Source: Centroscyllium fabricii (lineage: Eukaryota). From it: a stretch of 64,000 nt of DNA. How positions within the stretch are numbered: position 1 is the first letter of the stretch; every line of letters begins with the position of its first letter. Below the pieces are notes generated by a model that was not told the origin of the DNA, did no database searches, and saw only the letters and a program-made list of their open reading frames with translations. Position numbers and translations under genes: made by a program. The stretch lies in NCBI GenBank assembly GCA_051313645.2, contig JBNRSN020000014.1:63798001-63862000 (forward strand). The letters run 5' to 3'. Positions 38,381 to 49,700 of this stretch are shown here, one piece after another.

Positions 38381-39440
38381 TGCCCAGAAATTGCAGTGGA
38401 GCCTTCGTGCGGGTGCAGTACCTGCTTAACGCACTTGAACTGCCCATATTCAGTTTTGCTTTTTTGCACTCAGAAATTGCAGTTAGCCCAGCTTGTCAGA
38501 GCTCCGTGCGAGCTTCATGGGCATCTGAAGGGCATAATTAGTGCGAGATGGCTTTTGAGACCACCTGATTGGCAGGGAGCCAATCAGTGGAACCAATTCT
38601 CCGTTCAAAACTTCCACTGAGAAATCTGTGCAAGTTCTGAAAGGAGAGATTGCCCAAAAGACACCTAAACACAAAAATAAAATTTTACAAACACCACATT
38701 TTTTTAACATTACCCCAACTAACACAAATAACCTATTTTAAGGAAAAAATTAAAATTTACAGAAAAAATTTTCAACTTCCAACAGGTCTAAAAAAATACT
38801 TACCTGTCTTTAAAGTTATCAACAATTAAAAACCTGAAAAAACAACAATTAAAATCAATAAAATACACACTTACCAGATAAAAACGGTTACTTACGACTG
38901 CTTTTTCTCAGCGTAGAAAATCCTGGTCTTGGTCCATAGAAAAACTTTTTAAAAATATCGGAATGTCTGGACGCACCCGTAGTTCGATGCTTCCTGCGCT
39001 GGACCTTGCAGGAACTCCAACCCCCCCGCTGGCCGGCATAGGAAAACCCGAAGCAGTGCTACCGGCTGCTTCCTGCGGGTTTAAGCTCTGGTGCACTCGC
39101 AGCAGAGCTTAAACCCGATATGCGCAGACTGCAATTACTGGCCCAATATCTATTAGCCAAGATCTTCCACACGACCAGAACACCAGCAGTAAGGCTACTT
39201 ACAACTGCATAGAAAATCCTGGTCTTGGTCCGTAGAAAAACTTTTTTTTTAAATCAGAATGTCTGGGCGCACCCGTAGTTCGCTGCTTCCTGCGCTGGCC
39301 CTCGCAGGAACTCCAACCCCCCGGCTGGCCGGCATAGGAAAACCCGAAGCTGCGCTACCGGCTGCTTCCTGCGGGTTTAAGTTCTGGTGCGCTCGCACCA
39401 GAGCTTAAACCCGATATGGGCAGACTGGAATTTCTGGCCC
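38381..39440. mobile_element. PIF/Harbinger-ISL2EU-like MITE inserted in the Penelope pLTR, with a duplicated right end
   Basis: TIR TGCCCAGAAATTGCAGT...ACTGGAATTTCTGGCCC; flanks ATT/AAT; about 235 bp repeated at 38910-39143 and 39207-39440. Confidence 0.8.
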
Positions 39441-39915
39441 AATAACTCTGTTTCTCTCTCCACTGATGCTGCTCTGGCCTGCTGAGTTTCCCAGCGTTTT
39501 CTGTTATTTTGTCTTTCAACTTGTATCACTTCAACCATTAAATCCTTCATTTGAGTGAGGAGCGTGTGTGGTGTTATCACCATCTTAAATGGATGGGAAC
39601 ACACACTCGACTTTATTTACATTAAAAAATATATATTTAAATGAATACATTTTTCTGCAGAAGCACTTGAGGCTGTCTTAATTGTAAGATCGCTCACTGC
39701 ATCAATGGAGCAAGGATCCAACAAAAGAGATTTTGCCTGATGTCCCTAAAATTAGTTTGGATGTTCCGTGATTCTTCTTTTCCGAGAATAGTCGACCTAT
39801 GAAACACGTTGCCAACTCGTATGGTGGATGCTGATTTGCTGTACACCATCAAAAGCGAGCTGGACCTGTTACTGACTGGGGCAGAGATCACATTGGCTCA
39901 GAGGTAGTTACCCTG

Positions 39916-41409
39916 TGTAGGATTCTCAAAATGCCCATGCCCCTCGCAGTTATTAAATGATAAAAACAGCAAACAGGCCAATGGCCAAGGTCAAAGGGCA
40001 TCGAATGACTTACCTGAAAGCCAAGAAGTTGGTCTTGGATACCAGACAGACAGCAGGGAGCTGAAACACATTTCCAAGCAGACAGGAGCCAGAGAGGAGT
40101 CGAGCTTGTTAACTTGATAATGATTAAAGGTGGTGCATACATAAACACCCCTCATTAACTTGGCCATTAAGGCAGAAACCAGTAACAAACCTTTTGCATA
40201 ACTGAAACTTACAAACTTCAGAACAATTAAACGTCGATACTGGACAGTTGACACCTCCTAGCACAGGGCCATTAAGGGAGGGGACCCCCATCCCGAAACT
40301 CATTAAAATTAATGGCTATAATAGCCCTGGCAAGCCTGCCAAAATTGGGACAATATTTTGCATTTGATTTGGCAGGTAGATAACGAATGCAGAATTGGTA
40401 TAATTGTCCATGCCAAATGAAGGCACAGACAGGAGATTTGGAACACAAGAAGGCAGAATGCAACGAGAAGTCGGTGAAGCATCGGGGCAGGAGGTTGAGC
40501 AACACCAGCAGTCAAGAAGACCAGAAAATGAAAGCCGAAGTCCCTGTATGAAGTAAGTTTAAAAGGGCTGGGTGAAAGACAGTACTTTCTCTGAGCAGCG
40601 CAGCAAAGAGAAATCGATCAGGCACAGGTATTGCGCAGTTCCTGAGAAACAGCGACCACGTGACAGCGGCAGACCCCTACGGACAAGAAAAAGCAAACTC
40701 TTGAGTTTTGGCTTGGTGAGCATAGATCCCTCAGTTCACATTGTAAAATCTAGTTAGGTAATAGGGGTGGGACCAGGTCCAGGTACACAATCCTTCATCC
40801 GAAAACCTCGGGACCGGACGGTTCTCGGATAATTTCGGTTTTTGGAATGGTCGCATTAACATACGTGTTTCTGCAGCGAATCTTGTAAATATTCACCTGC
40901 GTGGGTCAATCTGCTGCTCTTTTAGGCATTTTTCCAAAAAATAACAGTGCAAATTTGCAAAAATATCAGATCAGCGGTCAGATACTGACGCCTCTGACCT
41001 GCGTGGGTCACGTCGGTCGTGTCAGGTCATTTTTCGCGCGCAACTTGGGTCATTTGAAATTTTGGTTTTTGGAGTCGCAGATAAAGGATTGTGTACCTGT
41101 ATAAGGGGAGTAAAATTAATTGTGATTTTTCCCTTGATGTGCTGTATGTTTCCCACTCCCAGTTATTGTATTTTGTTTCATAAGCTTAGTCCTGTATGTT
41201 AACTTGTCATGATTTTCTCTGTTATAAAGTTTGATGGTGGTAATTTGTAATAAAAGCAGTTTTCTTGCACCAAACCTGTTGTCCATCCTATTTGTGTATC
41301 GCAAACCTGCACCTTAGTCCAGTGTCTAGAACCTCAAGGGCATGGGAGCGTTTCGAACCGCTCAAGGAAGTCAGAGGCAAAGCTGAGCCCCACAAGACCA
41401 CCCCCTACA
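39916..41409 (+). mobile_element. Solo LTR (Gypsy or ERV type) with 4-bp TSD
   Basis: CCTG|TGTAGG...CCTACA|CCTG; AATAAA at 41249-41254; it interrupts an old LINE-tail sequence. Confidence 0.8.
40780..41099. mobile_element. Tigger/pogo-like MITE nested in the solo LTR
   Basis: CAGGTACACAATCCTT...AAGGATTGTGTACCTG|TA. Confidence 0.85.
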
Positions 41410-43344
41410 CCTGTAACAAATCAGGGTCAATGTGGTCTCCAGGACATATTTTGATTGTCTAACGGGGTCAGAGAGGAATTTTCCTAATTTTTACCCCCCT
41501 CATTGGCCTGGGTTTTCAATCTGTCTTTCACATCTCCCAGGAGATTACATGGCTCTGGGTGGGTTGGGAGCGTCTGGATCACACCACACAAGGCCTCATG
41601 ACTATATGGGATAGTCTTTTTCTGTCCATCTGACAATTTATTCTGTTCATATTTTCACGGAGTTGGTTGCAGGGCTGAGCCGGCTTCTGCAGGGATGCCT
41701 GCATTCAGCCTACATACTAGGAAGGGCACTGCCAGTCCCAGTAAAGTCCACCCACCATCCTCAATTCTTCTGCCTTCAGCACCTTCCAAACTAACATTAC
41801 ACTTATTGGCCAGTTTAGTATTTCTGAAGCAACTGGGCATACATGCATTAAAAGTGATGAATGTTGGTGCTTACATAGTGGGGAGGAAGGTGTAATATGT
41901 TTTGCTTTTAGGTCAGTAAAGATGAAAAGGAAAAGTCCCTCTGCACTAATATGCAATTCCTAGGATTTGCAGTGGAAAGTTTTTGAGAAGTGACCACGTC
42001 TATAAAGGTACCAGATGTTTTGTGGAGGACATCTTTGTATATTTGGTTTGTTTAGTGCTAGGTTTGGTAGACTGCCATTTCATTTTCCCTTCTTGCCCTT
42101 GTTCCTGATGAGTGTGAGGACACACCACTTCTTTCAGACATGTTACATATGTAATACCCACTGGAAATGTTGTTAAATATATTTATAACATAACAAATAT
42201 ATTTATATGTTATGTTATAAATCTTTAACTTAGACACTGTATTATCATTGTTATAAATCCCTGGGTTTAAGTTGCCAATGTGAAGGTACAGCAAGAACTT
42301 TTAAGAACACAATGTGAGTAAGAGCATACTTTCCATAATTCTGCACCAGTATCAACTGTTGCAGTCTCCAGCAGAAACCCTAGGACAGCTGACCTGTTTC
42401 GGTGGGAAAAACAGGCCCCATGTGACCCTCGGGGTTACATTTTGGGGGCAGAGAGACAACGACCAGTGCTGGAGACACAGACAGAGAGAAGGCAGGAGCT
42501 CTGAAAAGAGGGCTCAGGAGGCAAATGGCTGCCGCATCCTGTCCCGGGCTTCCAAACTCGGCCGCCGCCCTTGTTATTAGCACTGCATCCTGAACCGGCC
42601 GGCTGCAAGTCACCAGTACCGGGGAATCGTCGTCTGAACCCAGATCTGCAAGGCAGAGGTCTGGGGAGAGCTGCTTGCATCGTGCTGATGGGGATCTACT
42701 TGGAAAAGCTGCAGAGAGAGAGAGAGAATCACCAACTCCAGCTGCTGCTGTGTGCTTTGCATCCAGAACTCAAAGTGGGATCCAGTGATCGTGAAGAGAA
42801 TTCAACGAAGGGGTTCGGAGTCGTAAGTCTTGCAGACATTATACATACCATGAGCTCCAACATAAACGCGCCAATGAAAGAGGCCTGATACAGGTTGTGT
42901 TAATTGAACAAATTCTAGAGTGCACTCAAATTTGGACACAGGGACAGATTCTCCTTTGAATCCATGTAAATGGGGAATGTATGTTTATGTCTAGATTCAT
43001 TCCAATGTATACAAATGTCTAATTCAGTTCATTGACCTGTAATCTTCTTATACTATTTGATGTTAAAACTATAAAGTAAGATCATTAGAATTAAGCCATT
43101 GTAGTAGTGACCTCCTTACTGGACTATAGATATATGTGAGATGTGGTCTCTGTTATATGCAGTATTCTAAAGAACCATGAAGGGGTCACACATAGAAAAA
43201 TAGGTGTAGGCCATGCGGCCCTTCTAGCCTGCTCCACCATTCAATATGATCATGGCTGTTCCTCTATCTCAATACCATATTCCCGCTCTCTCCCCATACC
43301 CCTTGATGCCTTTTGTGTCTAGAAATCCATCTATCTCCTCCTTG

Positions 43345-44038
43345 TCCACTGCATGACAAGATGGCGGCGCGCATAGACGCAGCGGCTTTGCGTCTCCCAA
43401 GGAAATGATGTCCGCTGGTCCCCGTACTGGTTCGGAGCGTGGCCAGGCGGCGGTAACATCGAGGCCGTCGTGGCTGGAGCCTGCGTGGCCCGAACATCGG
43501 GGCTGGAGCGTCGGGGCCGTGCGCTAGGAGCTTCGGGGCCCGCATGGCCTGAGCATCGGGTCTGTCGTGGCCGGAGCATCAGGGCCAGGAGCATCGGAGC
43601 CTGTGCATCGGGGCTGGAGCGTCGGGGCCGTCATGGTCGGGCGCTAGGAGCTTCGGGGCCTGCGTGGCCTGAGCGTCGGGTCCGTCGTGGCCGGAGCATC
43701 AGGGCCAGGAGCATCGGAGCCTGCGTGGCCTGTGCATCGGGGCTGGAGCGTCGGGGCCGTCGTGGCCGGGCGCTAGGAGCTTCGGGGCCTGCCTGGCCTG
43801 AGCGTCGTGGCCGGAGCATCAGGGCCAGGAGCATCGAAGCCTGCGTGGCCTGGGCATCGAGGCTGGAGCGTCGGGGCCTGAGCATCGGGACCGTCAGGTG
43901 GGCATTATGGACCAGACTGGGACTTACAGGAGAGGACATTTTAATATCTATTGTTTCTTTGGGAGATTGCATGTTTGCATTTCATTGTATTGTGTTCACT
44001 TTACAATGACAATAAATTGAATTGTATTGTATTGTATT
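43345..44038 (+). mobile_element. Non-autonomous retroelement: AAGATGGCG head, GC minisatellite, Rex1-like tail
   Basis: CAAGATGGCGGCGCGCATAGACGCAGCGG..., (GGAGCATCGGGGCC)-like array, ...CAATGACAATAAATTGAATTGTATTGTATT. Confidence 0.8.
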
Positions 44039-44502
44039 AACTATATTCAGTGACTTGGCCTCCACAGCCTTCTGTGGTAGAGGATTCCACAGGTTCACCA
44101 CCCTCTCTGACTGAAGAAATTTCTCCATCTTAGTCCTAAATGTCCTACCTTGTCTCCGGAGACTGTGACCCCTCGTTCTAGATACCCCAAGCCTGGGGAA
44201 ACATCCTCCCTGCATCCAGTCTGTCTAGCCCTGTCAGAATTTTATATGTTTCAATGAGATCCCCTCTCATTCTTCTAAACTCGTGAATACAGGCCTAGTC
44301 AACCCAATCTCTCCTTAAACGACAGTCCTGCCATCCCAGGAATCAGCCTGGTGAACCTTTGTTGCACTCCCTCTATGGCAAGTATATCTTTTAAGTAAGG
44401 AGACCTAAACTGCACAGAGTACTCCAGGTGTGGCCTCACCAAGGCCCTGTATAACTGTAGTAAGACATCCCTGCTCCTGTACTCAAATCCTCTTGCAATG
44501 AA

Positions 44503-45131
44503 TTCAATTCAATTCAATTTATTGTCATTGTAAAGTGAACATACACAATACAACGAAATGCAAACATGCAATCTCCCAAGAAACAATACAGATATTAAAA
44601 TGTCCTCTTCTGTAAGTCCCAGTCTGGTCCATAACGGCCCCCGCGCTCCGGCCAGGCCCCGATGCTCCCGGCCCCGAAGCTCCCGGCCCCGAAGCTCCCG
44701 GCCCCAAAGCTCCCAGCCCCGACCACGCAGACCCCGATGCTCCTGGCCCCAATGCTCCAGCCACGATGGTCCCGACGCTCAGGCCACGCAGGCCCCGATG
44801 CTCCCGGCCCCGAAGCTTCAGCCATGACAGCCCAAATGCTCCCGGCCCCGAGGCTCCGGCCACGACGGTCCCGACGCTCAGGTCACGCAGGCCCCGATGC
44901 TCAGGCCACGCGGCCTCGATGTTACTGGCGCCCGGCCACGCTCAGGCACCAATGCTTTGTACACAACGTCTTTGGTGCGTCAACCCCGGTGCTCCGATCG
45001 CAAAGATCACCAAGATCCCGGGGCTCTACCACGCCGACCCCGACGTCCACTTCAGAACCAGTACAGGAACCAGCGGCCATCATCTTGGGAGACGCAAAGC
45101 CGCTGCGTCTATGCGCGCCGCCATCTTATCT
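44503..45131 (-). mobile_element. Second copy of the same element, inverted
   Basis: Same head, same GGACCAGACTGGGACTTACAG 3' block and CAATGACAATAAA(TTGAA)n tail on -. Confidence 0.8.
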
Positions 45132-45944
45132 GGCCAACATACCATTTGCCTTCCTAACTGCTTGCTGCACCTGAATGTTTGCTTTTAGTGACTGGTGTAC
45201 AAGGACACCCAGGTCCCTCTGTACATCAGCATTTCCCAATCTATCACCATTTAAATAATACTGTTACAAAATAACTAGGCAAGGTGATTAAACACATACA
45301 ATTTCAATAGTGGAAGCAATTTCCTCTGTCGTTTCATCAATAGTCCTAGCAACCGTTCTTAAGGTGACAGCAGAAACTTAACATTACAAATGTAACTATA
45401 TGCATGCTTCAAAGTACATGCACTAGCCATTTTATTAGTCCCATGCATCGTTCTGCTCAATTCTGTGCCTGTGAATAGCTGGCCCAATCCTTATTCTGTA
45501 ATATGCGAGGTTGAATCTCAGAAAATACTTCTTGGCACACCACTGTGACGTTTCTATTCACTACATCACTTGTTTTATGACCTGTGCGATTACTAAAGTA
45601 CCAGTTTAGTAGCAAATTTCTGGACAGCTTTGTGCTCTCTGTCCTGAATGAGATTGACTGGATTGTATTAACGTATGACTGATAATTGGCAGATAGGACA
45701 AACACTTTGATTAGGTTGGACTGGATTGAAGGCCAGGCGGTCAGGAAGGAAGTGCATTCTCTCTTCTGTTGAAAGAACTGTTTGAGTTGAGATACCAAGT
45801 TCCCTTAAACTTCCACTTTGAGTGTCAGGTTTGTAATTTGTATTATATTGTGCTGGTGGTAGCTACCTCGAGCAAACCTGCAGAAACAAATGTACATTTA
45901 AGAAAGAAAAAGTGACAAAAGCTTGACATTGTGATACAAAGTCC

Positions 45945-45950
45945 TTTATT
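45945..45950 (-). terminator. MYH11: MYH11 polyadenylation signal AATAAA (second candidate at 46034-46039)
   Basis: TTTATT on +, about 640 nt past the stop, followed on - by a U/GU-rich tract (cttttgtcactttttctttct). Confidence 0.7.
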
Positions 45951-46588
45951 TGTGATAGTGGGTCATAAACTGCTTCAGAAATACTTTGCGGACAAAGTTT
46001 AGCATGTTACAAATATATTACTGCAAACAATAGTTTATTTTTAAATCCAGTAGTTCAAGCGGCTAAACAAAGCACTTCTATAGAATTCTGTGACCAGTAT
46101 TACTATGGTCTGGTAGGCATGTATTGTAAATAGTGCAGTAATGTGCTTGGCTCTTCCCATAAAGACACAAAGGGTGCCACCCATCTCTGATAAAATGGGG
46201 CTAATGAATAAGACCAAATAATTTCAGTAAGGGAAGTGTGCATTTTTATATTTTTGATGCTATTGCATTTATGGTTTAGCAACAAAATATCAACGGTTTT
46301 AAAATCCTAACCCATCAGGGTACATATTTTAACTTTGCAGTTTTTACAATGTACTTTATGCTAGAATATTATTTGAAATTTTGATACATGTAAAATGTTC
46401 AGCAAAATAGTAGTTTTGGCTACATGCATGTGAAAGTATTTTTTTATATTGTGATGGGGTAGTTTTATAAATGGAAAAACTGTGCCCTGTTAATACAATG
46501 TGTGTGACCCTTCAAAAGCTTTTCTAACCATTTGTGTATATTTCCCCCTGCCCCCTTCTATACCATAGTGCTGTACGCTACACTGTCA

Positions 46589-46730
46589 TTATTCATTAGA
46601 TTTTGTGCCATTGAAGTCCGCATCTCGCCCGCCAGCATCTTCATCAGAGTTTTCTAGTGAAGCATTATCGATTACTGCACGTCTGCCACCAGATCTCCGT
46701 GTGCCACTTAGCATTGGCTCATTTCCACGC
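46589..46730 (-). CDS. MYH11: MYH11 terminal exon (SM1 non-helical tailpiece)
   Basis: ctgtag|G CGT GGA AAT...AAT GAA TAA; (R)[46 protein letters not shown], resembling the human SM1 tail (...RRSGGRR...[12 protein letters not shown]). Confidence 0.95.
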
Positions 46731-48947
46731 CTACAGCAGGAAATACAACATGTTAGCAAATAGCAAAATCAAACCCAACAAGCAGTAATCCAATATTTAC
46801 ATGACTCCTCCAAACAACTCTCTAGCAACATTTAGATAAAGAAATGGCAAATATTTATTTACCCAGAACTGGTCTAGATAGATGCAAGCCTCCAACCGTT
46901 TGAGACCATCAACCACCCAAAAAAAGATGTCTGCTGTTCGATGCATTCAAATTCTATCAACAATGAGTGACTTTAGCGCAGCTACTCTTTACCCTTCAAC
47001 AACTGAAAGGCGATTGTGGACATATTTAAAACTTAGGTATGGATAGGTGATTGTGTCTGTATCTGAACTCTTTTTAAATGATGCAGCATTTTATTTAACT
47101 CGTAAAATTGAAGAATTGTAGTTCTAAAAGTGAGGCCTTGACAGATTTGTGAATCCTAGTGTTCTCTTGATGAAACTTGCTGATGCATGTCGAACTTGGA
47201 GTCTCGGGGTGAGAGGGAGGTTTGTTTTTATTTTCAAATCTCTAGCCTTTGTCGTCATTGAGGTTGAATCATGACCATTCCTACCGTCAGCCAAACAAGA
47301 TTACAGTGGTTACTTTACACCTGCTTTGTGGCAAACTACCATAGTAGCTTTGTAACATGCAAATTGATGTGCTTTGAGACCACACATGCAAAGGGGACCA
47401 AGGGCTAGCTGGGGCTTATATATATTTTAAATCCAATCAATGCATCATCTATAGTTACGTTCAAGCAATTTATTCTTCATATAGGTGCAGTTAGACAAAC
47501 AGCATCAGTGAGTCTGCCTAGTTTGTTGTTTTTTGTGCGAGGATAAACTGGGCAATAATTGCTTGTGTATTAACTTTCTGGCTCCAATGTTGTGAAGTGA
47601 ACCGTAAAAAGCTTAAAATGGGCATAAAATATAAACTCAATTCTGTATTTCGATTTAAGCAAACTTCATAATTTTGTTTTTTTTCTACTGTTTACCTTTA
47701 AATAACAATATATTTCAGGGAATAAGCTTTAGCCATGCTTCCTAATCGGCATATCTGTTTATTTAACCCTTTGAGGACTAAGTGTTTACAGCAATTTGTA
47801 AAGATATCCATCGACATTAAATTTTCAGGCAAGGCCTCATTTATTATTAAAAAATCTAGAATGAAAAAAAAAATTTTTTAAATGGTTTGATGGAAATCTG
47901 CTACACAGTGTTTATATAATCCTCAAAGGGCTTGGGAAAATAAAACAGCTATAGAACATGGAATTAATAAAGCAAACAGGGTCAAACCCTTAACTGCCGC
48001 AAGTTATGCTTTAAAAAATGCCCGCGTGAATGTTTGCTGAGGTAGAAAATACCAAACATTATAAATGAATGGATTATATTTCCAACAATCATTTGTGGCT
48101 TGGTGTGCTATAGGGTGGTGGGAGCTGGTTCAACTTGTGGCCACCCACAAGGCCAGTTTTCTATATCCTACGTTGCAAGGAGTTAAAATATAGTTTGGGG
48201 CGGGGGGGGGGGGGGGGGGGGGGGGGGGGAGAACGGACAGCAATCACCACAGCCTGCAATCTGTACGGCTCAATAATCTCACCCCCGAGAGTGACTTCAT
48301 TTGTGGCTCTGCTCCCAGGCAACAAACAAAATGTAGTGAGATCTGAACTGGATGGGAGAAAATAAAATAAAAATCAAGGCTAAAATAAGTTAGACAAATC
48401 TCTTGGAGGATTCGGCAGTGTAAGGGTTGGCAGTCTTTTCAAATGAAGCACAAATAGTTAGTGACAGCCTTGATATGTATGGAGATTGCACATTCCGCTG
48501 CATGTCCATAGCAACATTTAAAGTGTTAAGCTCTTTTCTATAACAATCTATCAGAACCTTTATTCTGTTTACTTATACCACATGTAATGTCATTTCCATG
48601 AAATATATTTCATGGAGGTCATAATTGAGAAAATATAGTTAAGAGTGAACATCACCAGGAACAATTTGCAATTCAACACAGTGTGTACATGAAGTATTAC
48701 AATCGGACTCCTATTTTATCTAACATGTGGTATAATGAAGAGCCATGGGATAAGATTTATATTTTGCTAGGAGTGCTCACTATAATAAGTCACATATAAA
48801 TCACATCCAGCAGCTCTTCTTTCTTTAGGTCACTTTTTTTACTGATATCTATCTTCAGCTTTCAGAAACGTTGTCAGTACTTAAGGAGAAAAAGAGATGA
48901 AAATTTGAGCGTTATGAAAAGTTGCATAGCTGAGGTTTGGGAGGTAC

Positions 48948-48980
48948 CTGGACGTTCACTGAGCAGGTTCATGTGCACCT
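48948..48980 (-). CDS. MYH11: MYH11 SM2-type alternative micro-exon (33 nt, in-frame stop at 48956-48958)
   Basis: tttattacag|A GGT GCA CAT GAA CCT GCT CAG TGA ACG TCC AG|gtacct gives (R)GAHEPAQ*; position, phase and CAG-TGA...CCAG end match the mammalian SM2 exon (RGPPPQETSQ*). Confidence 0.85.
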
Positions 48981-49311
48981 CTGTAATAAAGACAAGATTT
49001 CCCTCACGGTTACATATCATTCCTATTATAAATGATTCTTAAAACAAATAATAATCAGGTCCAGTATACATTGTGCAGAAGCCTACAGACAGAATACGAT
49101 CTGAATTTTACAAAATGGAATCTTGCAGATGCCAATTAATCTAAAAACATTGAAAAATCCACTATGTTAGAGATGAGTTATTTTGCTATGGTTATTCTAC
49201 AATGAATGATAGTTAATGATCTGTTGCTCTCAAAAGTGTTAATACAGATCATTTAGAGTAAATGCGTGTGCCTGCCGTACTCTGGCTTTTAAGGTTTTTT
49301 ATCGGCCAATG

Positions 49312-49700
49312 ACGTTTAGTGTAGTGGTTATGGTACTGGACTAGTAACCCAAAGATTGAGTTCAAATCGCCAATGGCAAGTTGTGAAATTCAATTCAATA
49401 AATCCGTTAAATTTTGGGATAGCACCAAAGAAATTGACCATAAAAGCCATCGAGTTGTCCTAAAACCCCAACTGGATCACTAATGTCCTCGGGAATGGGA
49501 ACCTGCCACCTAACCCGGACTGGCCTGCATGTGACTCCAGTCCACACTATGTGGTTGACTCTTAATATCCCCTGAAGTGGCCTAGCAAGCCACTCATTTG
49601 TGTAAATGGCAAGGCCCACCATCGCCTGCTCAGGGCATCTAGGAATGGGCAATTAATCAGGCTTTGCCAGCATCACCCACATCCCCAAGAACAATTTTTT
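49312..49700 (+). mobile_element. tRNA-derived SINE (same family as 17505-17953)
   Basis: GTGTAGTGGTTATGGTACTGGACTAGTAA...GAGTTCAAATC; shared CATGTGACTCCAG...TGGCCTAGCAAGCCACTCA body. Confidence 0.75.

Larger units (their letters stand above)
43190..45262 (-). mobile_element. CR1 LINE 3' fragment carrying two younger insertions
   Basis: CATAGAAAAATAGG tail; SRTRGHSLR...RVVNLWNPLPQKAVEA; sequence is colinear once 43345-44038 and 44503-45131 are removed. Confidence 0.85.
42150..45268 (+). mobile_element. Probable second solo LTR (about 1.05 kb) interrupted near its 3' end by a CR1
   Basis: ACATA|TGTAATACCC...GAAGGGGTC[CR1]GTTACA|AAATA; TG..CA termini and a 5-bp TSD with one mismatch. Confidence 0.5.

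Noticed and set aside
43470-45188. Long Arg/Ala/Pro-rich ORFs on both strands
   Set aside because: Translations of tandem repeats inside non-autonomous retroelements
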